Shown in pieces: positions 23,801 through 37,643 of a stretch of DNA of 58,851 bases; within the stretch, counting starts at the first letter, position 1, and each line of letters starts with the position of its first letter. The notes beneath the pieces are model-generated. The model saw only the letters and a list, made by a program, of their open reading frames with translations, searched no databases and was not told the origin of the DNA. Made by a program: the position numbers and the translations under genes. This DNA comes from Girardia tigrina (lineage: Eukaryota). The stretch is taken from contig MQRK01227526.1 of NCBI GenBank assembly GCA_001938485.1, positions 62,001 through 120,851 on the forward strand. The letters are read 5' to 3'.

Positions 23801-26800
23801 CAACATTTTCATGAGGTTCGTGATGACTTCTTTCATTAGTCGTGGAATCATGTCTGAGCAAAAGGCTTGAATGATGGCAATTGCTCACCTGTCTCAGACC
23901 GAGACCAGTTTCATTTTCATCCTCATCTAATTTTTCTAAAGATCCTTCATTGCTTAAAAATCCTCTGTGTCTTTTTTGCCATCGTTTTTGTCTGAGAAGT
24001 TCTTCAAATCTCTTTCTTTCAGAATCCTACGAAGAATCAAATACAGTTTACGGCCTTTGTCTTATTTAAACTTATTTACCTCTGATTTCTGGTGATTAAT
24101 TAGAGTATTAACATTCTTCAACAATTCATCGATCTTAGAATCTGTAGAATCCTCATCTTTAGCTGTGAGACATAAAGCTCGATTCAAAGGGAAAAAGTCA
24201 AATTTTTGTTCTTTAAGCTTTAATAATTGATAATGATTTATTAAATTAATTAATAATAACTTACTAAAGTAGCTACAAACATGTCAAGACTTGTATAATC
24301 GTTTGCTTTTGTGTCTTGCAAATGAATGAAAAAGAAAATATACGACCACATATTGTGTTCGTTCTGTACATGATATTCGAAACCTAGTCCATGATGTTCG
24401 AAATCGTAACTGTTTCTACTACATATGAAGCATATGTCTCTCATGTCTGATTCCGCGGTCCACTGAAATATTAAAAGAAAACTGATATTCATATTATTAT
24501 TCTTGAAAACCATCTCCAACCTTAAGATCTCTCAGTTCACTGAAGGTGTCGACGATGATACCAAAGATTATGTTCAGACCAATTGTTGTGATCAAAATGA
24601 AAAACGATAAATGATAAATTACGAGCATTGAGAATGTAAAGAAGCTTTTCTCTGAGTCATGAGGCAATAAAATCTTGATTTTTAATTATATTTAATAAAA
24701 TAAGTTACAAAATCCAATTGATGAACCTCAAATAAATCACCAACTAATCCGAATCTCAAAACTGAAACAAAACAGTGCCATAAGGAATCGCAATAAAGAT
24801 TCTTTTCTGGATTGAATGCCGGCCGAAAGAAGGCAAACCCGATAATGGCGTAGATGTAAATGACGACCATTCCCAAGATTGCGACCCAGATCAAAGACTT
24901 TCCTGTAAAATAAAATTTTTACTCCTGGAAAAGTACCAATCTAAAATGATACCGTTTTGTGTGACTGCTGATATAACACCTTGCAACAACTGATTATTGT
25001 GTACAATGTTTATAAGATGAAAGGCAAAAAAATATTCAGAATACCATTGACCAGCAAGGGAAAATCCCAACATTGCCTTAATATAATGAACATCAACTTT
25101 TCTAATAATTATTTTTTTGATGAGCTATTAGATCTGGTAAAAATTCATGTCGTTTTAAAAAAATTATTTATAACAAATTTATTTAAACAAACAAAAAAAT
25201 ATTCATCAACAATATAGTCGCCTTTGTGTTCAACTACTTGTACCCAAAGTTCAGGTAACATCTTAATACCTCTGTTATATAATTCTTGTTATTTAGATTC
25301 AAAAAATTCGGTCAAGGCGTTTTTGATGCACTTTTCATTTTTGAAATTTTTTCCTCTAAGAAAATGTTGCAAAAATCGAAACAAATGATAATCGAATGGT
25401 GCAATATCTGGAGAATAAGCAGGTTGTGGAAGAACTTCCCATTCAGACTGGCGTTTTTTATCCGCCGGGAATCTTGCGTTATGCTGTCATGCGTTATCGT
25501 GATGAAGAATTACACCCTTCCGATTAATCAGAGCGGGTTCCTTTTTTCTCAAAGCTTGGTATAACCTTTCCAATTGTGGACTATACACTCAACTTGTAAT
25601 TGCTTGTTTGTTTGGTAAGATTTAAAATGAAGAAGTCAATACTGCTGATATAACACCTTGCAACAACTGATTATTTTGTACAATGTTTATTCCACCTAAC
25701 ACACAACATCAGTTTTTTGCATACAAGTAAGGCTTTGGCGTGAGTTTCGCCGCTTTCCTTTTTTGCAACCAATTTGATCGTCTCTTCCGATTAACATGAA
25801 ACACACATCTTTCATCTCCGGTAACAATTTGCTCTAAAAACGGCAATAGATCTTGACGAGAGATGAACAAACTTCAGATTGTAACTCTTTGTTTGTGGTT
25901 GTTTTCGATTAATTCATGCGGAACTCACTTTCAAAACTTGTGGACCTTACCAAGTGACAGTAATTGATTGCAAATAGTTTTTGCGAACAGTTTAAAGTTG
26001 TCACAAGCTCTTGTTGTGTAATTTCAGGATTTTTAACCACAAGAGCCTTAAGTGCGTCCTGGTCAAAATCAGACACATGGAGTCGATCATTCTCGTCCTT
26101 CAACGAAAGATTTCCATCGCGAAATTTCTTAAACAAACGCTGATATTTTCTGAAACAAACTATATCAGTGACCCAAAGCACTGCATATATTTTTAGCAGC
26201 CTCATTTGCTTTTCTTCCTAATTGAAACTCGAAAAACATGCCTTATATGCTCTTCATCTACCATCCTTTACCACCTACTTCGAAAAAAAATCTACAGTTA
26301 AAACACAAAATATTTGCAACAAACAATTAGATAGAAAATTTATAATTGAAATATTTCTGATATGAAGATTATTTTTAAATGAATTAAAATAGAATTCCTG
26401 TTCCCATCATATTGTTTCAAAGATTTGATTTCATATTTATAGAATATTTTTCTTTCAAAAAATACATTAGGAAATAGATGAATGGGTTTAAAACAAAAGA
26501 ACAGGTCGTTACATCATTGACAGTATTAAGAACATTTAGACAAATCTCGTTTGAATTTTTATTGCAATCACATTTAGAGTCATTATGACTCTCAGAAGGT
26601 CTTTCATCGTTTGACATCGTTCTAATTGGTTTTCTTATTTCTATTTTTAATCATGATTATTCGAACCATTTTTCAAAGTCATTTTTTTAAAATATATTAA
26701 TTAATATTAATTAAAAATAATAAATTTTACCATTTCTCAATAAATCCCAAAATAATAAAAATGTCATCAAATTATTAAAAATACATTTAATTTAAATTTT

Positions 26801-27842
26801 ACCAAAAATATTAAACTTAACTTAAATTGTTAAATTAAAAATATGAACTTATAAAATGATTATTTTAATTATGTTCGAATAGTCAATCATTTAAATTTAA
26901 TAAAAAATACGAATTTCCATCTGGGTGGGAGAATCACCATTCTAAATTCAACATACTTAAATCAACATACAGCATCAATACATTTACACATTCAAGCAAT
27001 TTAAAATATTCCTCACAGACAGATGATTACCTGACAAATGAGCCAAAGAGGATTGCTACCAACACACGATGACATGTCTCTGAGTAACTAAGTCGAAGAT
27101 ATCGACATCATATTTGAGTCACCTGTCACATGTCATCGTCATACAGTTTACACCTTGGTTGATCATTTCTTCCATTAACAGAACTTAACATACCATTTTT
27201 TAAATGGTATGTGGAGCGGAATTAGGAGTAAGACACCCCCCTAGTTCAACTATCGGTCAATTTTTTCAATTACTCATACGAAAGAGCTCTTTCCCTTCCC
27301 TCAAGTCAACTTATTTTGATAACAACACCATTTCTCAATATTGGGATATTTTCCAAGACCTAATTGTTCAGGAATTTTATTATCGAGGACAGACAAATAT
27401 TAAACATGAAGAACGTTTATTTAAAAAACGCTTAACCTTATAATTTCGAAATTAATAAACACGTTAATTTTATTGAAAATTAGTAAAAAAAAAATAGGGC
27501 TTACCATATAATAAAATGTTTTTGATGATATAAGGTGTGATCTCATTTTACAGCCTTCGTCTCCTTGTTGAATTATATCTTCATCTGAAGAATCTAATGT
27601 ACTTTGTTTCAAACGTCTCCTGAAAAATAAATCATTGAATAATATTAATACCCAAATTTAATAAATTTTACTTGAGCAAAACAAAATAATATTGGATCCG
27701 CGGCGGCGACGGATGGTCGGCGAGAAAATAAGTAAAAAGTAAAAATCCACATAAAACATTATGGATGATCCCTAATGTGAACATCCACTTTTTTAGATCT
27801 ACAAAATTTGATTTCCATACTGGGGATGGGCTTAATGTATAA

Positions 27843-27892
<50 letters not shown>

Positions 27893-28268
27893 GAAGGGTT
27901 AGTGTAAATTTCCGATTCACTGAATAAGTTAATGTTTTAATTTAAAAATTTGGCAAAAAATAAATAATAAAAACAGTGTTTAAAATCAAAAAAATTTTAA
28001 AGTTGATATATTTCAGGTGACAGTTTTAAAATAAAAATTTTAAAAGAAATAATACAATTAATAAAAGTTTTTGCGTAAATTTATATATCAAGCTGCTACA
28101 AAAGTTTTATACGAAATTAAATAGTTTTCTACAAATTAATTTTAAAATTAGATGTTATATTAATGTAAAAAATTAGTTTTATTGTGTTTAGAATATTTTT
28201 TAAAAATACATAATAAATTTTGGTGTTAAAAATGCATTTTGATATTGATATTGCAACCACTTCTCACA

Positions 28269-28350
<82 letters not shown>

Positions 28351-31300
28351 GTATTAAAATCAAGAACGCAATTAAAATCAAATTTTATTGTCGCAATATA
28401 TTTCGGTGGATTTCTTCAGGCTGAATTAATAACAATTTCGCTGTCTTATATATAGCAAATTGATGATTATGCAAACATCTTGCGTAATAACTAATTAAAT
28501 ATTTTCAACAAATTGGAAGAGACTGGTTTGGACATTAATGGACGGATTAAGTGATTTAATCAATAATGCCTCACAAGTAACTCTTTCCCAATAATTTCTA
28601 AAATTACTGCACAATATTTTAAAATTAGTTGTTTTCACCTCCGATCTACAACCCTTCATATGTCTAGTAATATTACTACCATTACCCAATTATCCATGCT
28701 CCTGAATTCGTTTACAGAAATGACGAGACGTCTCTCCAATGTATGTGGCATCGCACTCCTTACACGAAAATTCATAAACCAGATTGGATCATAAACTTAA
28801 AGGACTATGAGATATATTGCTGAACATACTTTGAAATTTGTAAGAAATGATTTTTAAATTCAAATTGTTACTATCGATTGATTTTAAAATAGACGATTTA
28901 AATTTTTTGTAACCTTCTGAATAAGGATCGATTAGCGTATATCCAATATTAGAAATTTCTTTATTCGTCGAAATATATTGCGACAATAAAATTTGATTTT
29001 AATGGCATTCTTGATTTTAATAAAAATTTTTCATTATTTTTTCAATTTCTTATTAAGTATTATTATTGTAAAAATAGCTGATCCCGTGAAACCGATGGAT
29101 CAACTATTTTTACTTTTGATAAAAGAAATGAAATGAACAAAATTAACAAAGTATAATGACTAAAAAAAACTTTAATCCAAAATAAATAAAAGTAACCTTC
29201 AAAATTTAATCCAAAAATCTAATAACATCACAAAAAGCTGTAAACATTGTTCGATGATCATACACGGTAAAATAATGTCTTATAAGTCCATAATTTGTAG
29301 TCATTAATAAATTAATGATTTTTAATTGATCCCATTAATTCCTTAATAGTTATTAATTCTGAAAGGCGATGAGACCAATTTGTTGAACAATTGTTCAACA
29401 GATAATAATAAAAACACTAATGATAATATCCAACTCGACGCGTCTAATTCCCATTTTGACAGGGCTAATAACAATAGACGAAAAAAACGTAATAACCTCT
29501 GTAACTTGGAACGTATGTGTCTCAATCAAATTTGCACCTGGTATTGAAATCTTGATATCCATGAATAACCGTGTAAAATCGAGTCCCATTATTATCAAAT
29601 TGACAAACATTAAACATAATCATCACATAGCAATCATGACTATTTATGCGGCATTCGAATTTCTTACAGTAAAGACAATGTTCGAATAAGTCGTGAAATA
29701 TCAAATTTACTTTCAATCTAATCTTGGTGCTACTTAGGTCAGTTGAAAAAAGTGTATAAAACTTCTCCTACGAAGTCGTCACCGTTACATTCGTTTCTTG
29801 ACATACAAGAAAAACAATAAAACGTTTACATGAAAAAAGATTAAAATAACAATAGACATACGCACACAAAAAAATAAAGTCTAATACAACCAGTTCATTC
29901 AAAAAAGAAGTATCATAACAGCCCCCAACTGATACACAAAAAAAACAAAAATCACGTACTCATATACACAAACAATTGATATGGGACACTGTGGTGTCTG
30001 AAGTAGTGGGTGCACTACAATTATTATTATTATTATTATTACTATTATTAATTATTGAAAAAAATATGTTAAATATCATATTTAAACTAACGCATTAAAT
30101 TCTGGAGGCAAAGAATTATTAAACAAAGCGATTTTAAATTCGTCATCAAAAGATCCATTTTTTGGGGCTTTAAAGACCGAAAGCATCATTAAATTTAAAA
30201 ATACACTTAAAATTGTGATTGTGTAATTCCATAATAGCCTATATAATGTAAGATTAAATAATTTTTAATAAAATAAAATTTATTCACCATCCACCAGTAA
30301 AAAACTTAGCTATAGGGTTGTTCATAACTTTCTTTTGATACCGAATATCATTCAAAATGGCTTTCGACCAGTCCATAAAGTCCCTGATTTTGTTGCTTGG
30401 AGAGGATCTGTCGACGTTCCACTTTACGACTTCTTTTATCTCTTCACGAATAATATTCTAATATTCCGAAAGAAAGATTATATCGTCAAGAATAATAAAT
30501 GATATTAAAAAAATAATCATGATTTTTTTCAATGAGAACAATAACAAAAGGTAACTTTTCATTACCTTTTGGTAGTTTTACAACTTTTCTGTTCATGGAT
30601 ACATACCGGGTTGAGTCAAAAGTTATTTATGTTTTTTAGTGAATTAAAGTTTTTGTTTTGGAAAAACTTTTCCAGATCATCTATCCAATTTATACGCAAC
30701 ATTTGATATCATTTTAAAGCTCATAAAAATGCAAATCAAACTATCCTTTAACAGTTAAATCTTTAAACTTTATTCACCTATTTTTTACATTTTAGAATGA
30801 TTGAAGAAAAAAGAGTAATTCGTGTCTTATTATGACATCATAGGAAAAAGGCCAAACAGTAGTTGCTGCGACTCTAGACATCTGCAAAGTGGAAGGCAAA
30901 GATTACTCAAGGAAAATAGAACTCAATGGTGGTTTTGTCGTTTTAATCAGGGAGATATCAGTCTTGAAGATTAAGATCGTTCAGGTCGACCATCAGTGGT
31001 GAACAAAGAAGACTTTCGAGCCCTGGGGGAGTAGCAGCCCTGTACTAGCAACCGCAGGCTGCCTGAGAAGCTCGACCATTCTCAAACCACCATTTTTAGT
31101 CATCTGCTTAACTTTGGTTTTGTAAATAAAATCCACTCCAAGTTCCCCACTAATAGAAAAATATTCAAGCCCAGTGTCGAATTGATCTTTGCCACTTTTT
31201 TTTATGACTAGTGTGACACCTGACACCTAGTGACATATGATCTATGATTTTATGGTTCCTAAACTTAAATCAAAGTGTAAATTCTAGCAAAGAGTATTTC

Positions 31301-34300
31301 AGCAGGGTTGAGCTGGGTCACACATATCGAATCAAAATTTTCAACTTTTCAAATCTAAATTTTACGTCGAATCAGCTGTAGAGGAACTGATTCTTCGTAA
31401 CCTGCTTATTAACCGACCACTTGATTTTGAATTTAGGGGATATTTCAGTGTAAAAGTTTATGGAAGAAATTTCGATACTTCGGCAAAGTTTTGCAGCTGT
31501 TATGCGAGAGATTCCGAAACATTTTTACTGCTCAGTAATGAATACCGTAAAGAAAGTGTGTCAGCACTGTATTGAGGCTGGTGGTGATGTATTTGGAACC
31601 TACTCTATTCCAAGGAAACCCCTCTTAATATCAATGACATTGTTAGTAAAATAAATGTTTTGTACGTGAAATAAATTAGTTTTTTTCAAATTTAAAATTT
31701 TTCCATTTAAAATGGAACACTCTGTATATATTACGTTAATCCTGCACTAGAACAATGACTTTAAAGGGAGATATTTATATTAAGAACGAGATTATTCCAG
31801 ACACAATAACCCTCAAAAAAATTCTATAAAAATAAATGCCACGAGTTCCTGAGATAAAATTTCGTCGAATATTCGTCAAGTTTCTCAATTAACTTTGAAA
31901 GATTATCTCTTTTATGAACAAAAAGTTGAAAAAAAAGCGTTTGATTAATCAATTAATAAATCATTTTAATTATATTCATTGAAAATTTGATTCACTTACT
32001 TTATTTTTAATTCTAAAATGAACTTTTTGTAGAAAATCTCCTTTCAACAACTCGATAGAAACGCTATTCTTTTTGTAGAATTTAAAGGCCTTTTGTTGAT
32101 TCGGGGTGATTATGAGGCCTGAAGAATCAATGTTACAAAACCGTCTTTATAAAACATTTCTAAATCAACAAACACTTAAAACTTAAAACAGGGGAAAGGG
32201 TAATGGTAGCACATTCATTCAGACACCGCAAGCATTGTTCAAGAAAAATCTAAATATCAACATCGCAATTATTACAGGAAAATCTATGAAATGGATATCG
32301 TTTGCCTTGAAAACTAATAGCCAAACATTCCATAATACATTCAATATAATCTAATAATCTATTTCTAAACTCTTCCTCGATTAATATCCAACATCTTCAC
32401 ACATTCCAATATACACTGTTCTTTAAACCTCGAGAGTCGAACTCGTTGCAATGGGATCTTTATGCATAGCCAATCTACAATCTACATCAACGTATCCTAC
32501 AAACTATACCAAACATTTATATATATAGATACTCTCTAACATCAATTTTCTAGCACAAAACCAATGCTTCATCAAATAAACATTTGCCAAATAGCGGTGT
32601 TCGTTATATGACATATTACCTACTTTTTGAAGTTTTAATAAGACTGTCACCTAGAACTATCAATGATTATTAATATGGAATTAGTATTGTATTATTGAGT
32701 TAATATATTATCATAATGGATCATATATAATCAAACATAAATCACCGGGTTAAGGTTTAGTAATTTGTTAGTTGGTAACTGCACTAATCTCTATACGATA
32801 ATATAATTAAATGGTGTATATTCAAACTTGAAAGGTTTAATACATATAATTGATAACCTTTATTTCGATTTCGTCTTCCTCTTATACTTTTAGATTTAGA
32901 ACGAGATACTAACATTGAGTCATCTTAGGTATAAGAATTAATAATAAATGAATTAAAGGCTATAAAGAATTTAATTAATCTAATTGAGCAAAGAATGTCT
33001 CAAAAATATTTAAAAAATAATGTGCAAATGAGAATATATATACAATGAGAAAGGCATGCACGTAAATACTTTTAATAATAATAATAATAATAAATTATCA
33101 TATGGTTAATTTCAGGTAAGCCCCGGACAACACAGTCTCTATATCATTACCTTTTAGTAAGTAAATACATGTTTAAACAATACTTAGATAATATATTATT
33201 TGTTCTTGAAATCTATATGTAACTAGTAAAGTAAAAAAAAAATTTACATCTATTCTTTATGCTGTCAGAACTCTATTTGGCCTAGAGAATTTTTTTATCT
33301 TTTGTAAAATGGAAAGTTACTATTATATTTAATTTTTTATTTGTAGATTTTTTTGCGTAATTTAACTACTTATAATTTATAAGTAGATTTTTCTATACTA
33401 ATTTTGTTCTGGATCTCTGATTTGGCAATGTTTTCTCACTCTGGGATCTTAGAAAGTTGTTTCGATCAAATTTTCACATAATCATTTAGTGTCATCGAGA
33501 ATGAGTGAGTGTACAAAGTTTGGAGAAAATCGATTGAGTAAAAAGCCTTCAAAAATAGGTTTCTAAATTTCATGGATACGTATATAGAAAGCAAGCTAAT
33601 AAAAAGAATGGGAAAATAATAAGAAACAATGAAAAACTCAAAATTCCTAAATTTTATTTAAAATTATAATATTGTACAATTCGTTCATAAATTAAACATA
33701 ACAGGGGCCCCTGAACAAAAATCAAATTATGGCATTCGTACCTAAAATTCTCATGGCATGAGTTCTTGTAAGAGTGTCCCTCAATTATGGACCGAGATTA
33801 GATGGAACTGTATTACACGAATATTGTTTTCGATTGTGGTATATTTGCTATTGCTCATTTATTTTTTCAAATATTTGATACAAATTTAATATTAGTTTTA
33901 CACAATAAACAATTATAATGAAAAATAAAACAATAAATATTAGGAATTAAAAAGTGTTATGAAATTTTTTTAAATAATGTAAAATCAAATATACAAATTA
34001 AAATACAGATATATTTTTTAAATATATATTGATTTTAAAAGAATTTTAAAATTTAATAAAATTGGTTTAAGGAAAAAACATCGCGGGAAAGAAAATCACA
34101 GGAAAAAACAATTGTGGTAATATTTAATTATAATATTTTTTTGCTGAAATTGTGACAAAGTTTAATTTTAGTAATTTTTTTCTGAAATTGTGGTAACATT
34201 TAATTAAAAAAATCTGAAAAAATATAAAAAATTCAAAAATAAAACTAAAAGATTCCAAATTAGAAAAATATAAAAATGATAATATTATTAATTATTAAAT

Positions 34301-37300
34301 AATTAAAATTACTAAAATTTTATTACAATTTAAAATCATTTAAGTCTTTAGATTATGATGTGATAAGTATTATTAAAATTATTTTTGCATTATTTAATAA
34401 TGTTTTATTTAAATATTTTATTTTTTTAAATTAATTATTTATCATTAAAATTAAAATATTATTTATCATAATTAAAATGAAAAAAAGGATTTTTTGATTG
34501 CCCCAAAATAATAAATTTGGATTTATAAATTAATAATAATTTAGGATAGGGTTACGGTTAGGTTAGGTTAATAAGCAATTTACAAAATTTTAAAATATTT
34601 TTACAATTTCCACTACAAAATTTACAATGTTTTCCCGCGATGTTTTTTATCACAATTTCATCAAAAAATTACTGTAATAATATATCGTATCAATTTCAGC
34701 AAAAAATTACTACCATGTTTCTCCAAATATAAGAGAATGTCTTATATTAATTTTGATGGAAAAATTACCAAAAGGTCTTGTACTAACATATTTTCGAAAT
34801 TAGAAATCTTAAAGTTTTGAAATTTTTAGAAATTAGAGTCTTTAAATTTTGGACTAGGTCTTTGGACTAGGTCTTTGGACTAGGTCTGGGTTGGCCAAAA
34901 AGTCATTGCGTTTTTGAGTACATCCTAATAAAAAGCTTGAAAATATAAAACGATGTGATAAAATTTAAATTCAATTATATATTCTGAAACCTTAATTTTC
35001 AGACTNNNNNNNNNNNNNNNNNNNNNNNNNNNNNNNNNNNNNNNNNNNNNNNNNNNNNNNNNNNNNNNNNNNNNNNNNNNNNNNNNNNNNNNNNNNNNNN
35101 NNNNNNNNNNNNNNNNNNNNNNNNNNNNNNNNNNNNNNNNNNNNNNNNNNNNNNNNNNNNNNNNNNNNNNNNNNNNNNNNNNNNNNNNNNNNNNNNNNNN
35201 NNNNNNNNNNNNNNNNNNNNNNNNNNNNNNNNNNNNNNNNNNNNNNNNNNNNNNNNNNNNNNNNNNNNNNNNNNNNNTAGCGACAAAATAACAGCACTGA
35301 TCAAATCTAATCCACATATGACGACAAGAGAAGTTGCAGAGACTCTGAAAATATCAAAATCAAGTGTTGGAAGTCATTTAAAGAAACTTGGATTCGATAG
35401 TAAACTCGATATGTGGTTACCACATGAACTGAAAGAAATTCATTTGGTAAAACGTATAGGCATTTGTGATTCCTTTTTGAAGCGAGAACAAAGTGATCCA
35501 TTTTTGAAGCGCTTGATTACGGGTGACGACAAATGGATTGTTTACAACAATGTGGAATGCCGACGATCATGGACAAAACGTAGTGAGCCTGCCAAAACGA
35601 TCCCAAAAGCAGAAATTCACCAAAAGATGGTTATGCTTTCCGTCTGGTAAGATTTTAAAGGAATTGTGTTTTTTGAACTCCTTCCGAGGAATGAAACCAT
35701 CAATTCAGACAGATATTGTGGTCAGCTGGAGAAATTGACTCATTCAATTCAACAGGAACGTCCTGAATTGGCAAATCGAAAGGAGTTGTAATTCCGCATG
35801 ATAATGCAAGACCGCATACAAGTTTGACCACTCGCCAGAAACTCTTATCACTGAGTTGGGAGGTTTTGCCGCACCCATCGTATTCTCCAGACTTGGCCCC
35901 ATCGGATTTTCACTTATTTAGATCACTGCAGAATTCCTTAAACAGAAAAACATTCGTCAGTGATGATGACATCAAATCGTTCCTAGACGGCTTTTTGCTG
36001 ACAAAGGCAAAGGTTTTTATGAATCAGGAATAATGAAGCTACCGGAAAGGTGGAAGAAAGTGATTGAAAATAATGGACAGTATATCGTGTAAAAATATTT
36101 GTGCATCCATGTCATTTTTTGATAATAAATATTTTAGTAAAAAACGCAATGACTTTTTGGCCAACCCAATATTTGGAGAAACACGGTATAATTAAATATT
36201 ATCACAATTTTTTTCCCGCGATGTTTTTTCTGCGATGGTTTTTCTGGATCCCAGTAAAATTAAAAGAAACGATTAAATAATTGTAAAAGTACAAAATTTG
36301 TTATTAATAGAATGATAATAGAGATGTTTTAATAAATAAAATATCACGAAATGATTAATTATTTGATAATGTGTCGTAATTTAAAATTGATAAAAATGAC
36401 TAAAGGCAAAATTTATAAAATTAAAATAAAATAAAATATTAATATTAAAAGTATTTTTATTTATGTGGTTTAAGATTTATAAAACAAATTTTTTCCAAAA
36501 GCTAATAAGGTTGTTTAAATATTAATGTTAATTGTTTTTTGTATTATAATAAAAGTTGAATGTTGGAAATAACTGTTAACTATGATTTCGAAGATGGTCC
36601 AAAAACATCTAATAATACCTAAATTTTTTACTTAATTAAATTTCCAAAGAATCCTCAGTATTATTGAGAAGAAAAGTTTGTCTAAATTTTTCAATGTAAG
36701 ACTTAAAATATATGTAAAGAACAGTATCAAGTTAACCGGCAATCGAAAACGATATTTGTACCATACAGTTCTATCTAACCTCCGTATTGTTTTACTTTTC
36801 ATTATTATTGTTTATGTTATTTATGGTGTTAGAGTAATATTAAATTTGAATCAAATATTTGAAAAAAATAAAAGGATTTATAAATGTGTTAACTCGGTAA
36901 AGGTCAAGAACTGACCCTTATATTGTTCACTTTTGTAACACTAAGCTCCACCAAAATTAGTAACATTGCTTACAAAATCAACTAGAAAAAAAACGAAAGA
37001 GAACAAGAATAAAACTGAGAAATAAGACAATTTTTTGACAAAATATCCGTTAAATAAATAATACTTTTTGAATATTTAAAATTTAACATGGTGGTAAACT
37101 GATATATTTATATTTGACGTATTAACCGTGCATGTAATGAATATGCGTCAAAAGTAAACAATATCGAAAATGGTGGGGTGTTTGCTAACGTCCTCAAAAT
37201 ATAGGTTGTGGCCTTGAACTTTCAAAGAATAATTCATAATTACGCCAGGCGGGCGTGACACATAAATATGTCCATAAGAGAAAATACTCACCTGTTATGA

Positions 37301-37508
37301 GTCACACAACTGGAGAGAAGAACGGCCGGTTTACAGGTTAATAAATAACGTTAGTCAAGGGAGTAAAACTTCTTTTGATTCAAGTTGATGTAATATTTTT
37401 AAATGAAGAAATGATGCACATTTTGTTATAATTTTATGGTATTTATTTTTAACAAATGTTCAATAGCTCTCCTCACGTCTAGGGTCTTATTCTAGAGGGA
37501 TTTCTTCA

Positions 37509-37562
<54 letters not shown>

Positions 37563-37612
37563 NNNNNNNNNNNNNNNNNNNNNNNNNNNNNNNNNNNNNN
37601 NNNNNNNNNNNN

Positions 37613-37643
<31 letters not shown>

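Noticed and set aside
28239-28424. Poly-isoleucine ORF
   Set aside because: Translation of the (ATT)n microsatellite
32150-33130. Possible old gypsy pol and LTR relic
   Set aside because: Only faint motif resemblance; boundaries undefined
34541-34570. TTAGG telomere-like repeats
   Set aside because: Short, degenerate and internal to a foldback element; not a telomere
34848-34886. CRISPR-like direct repeats
   Set aside because: Head-to-tail 13-mers without spacers in a eukaryotic genome
34925-35317. ORFs containing runs of X
   Set aside because: Artefacts of the N gap at 35006-35277
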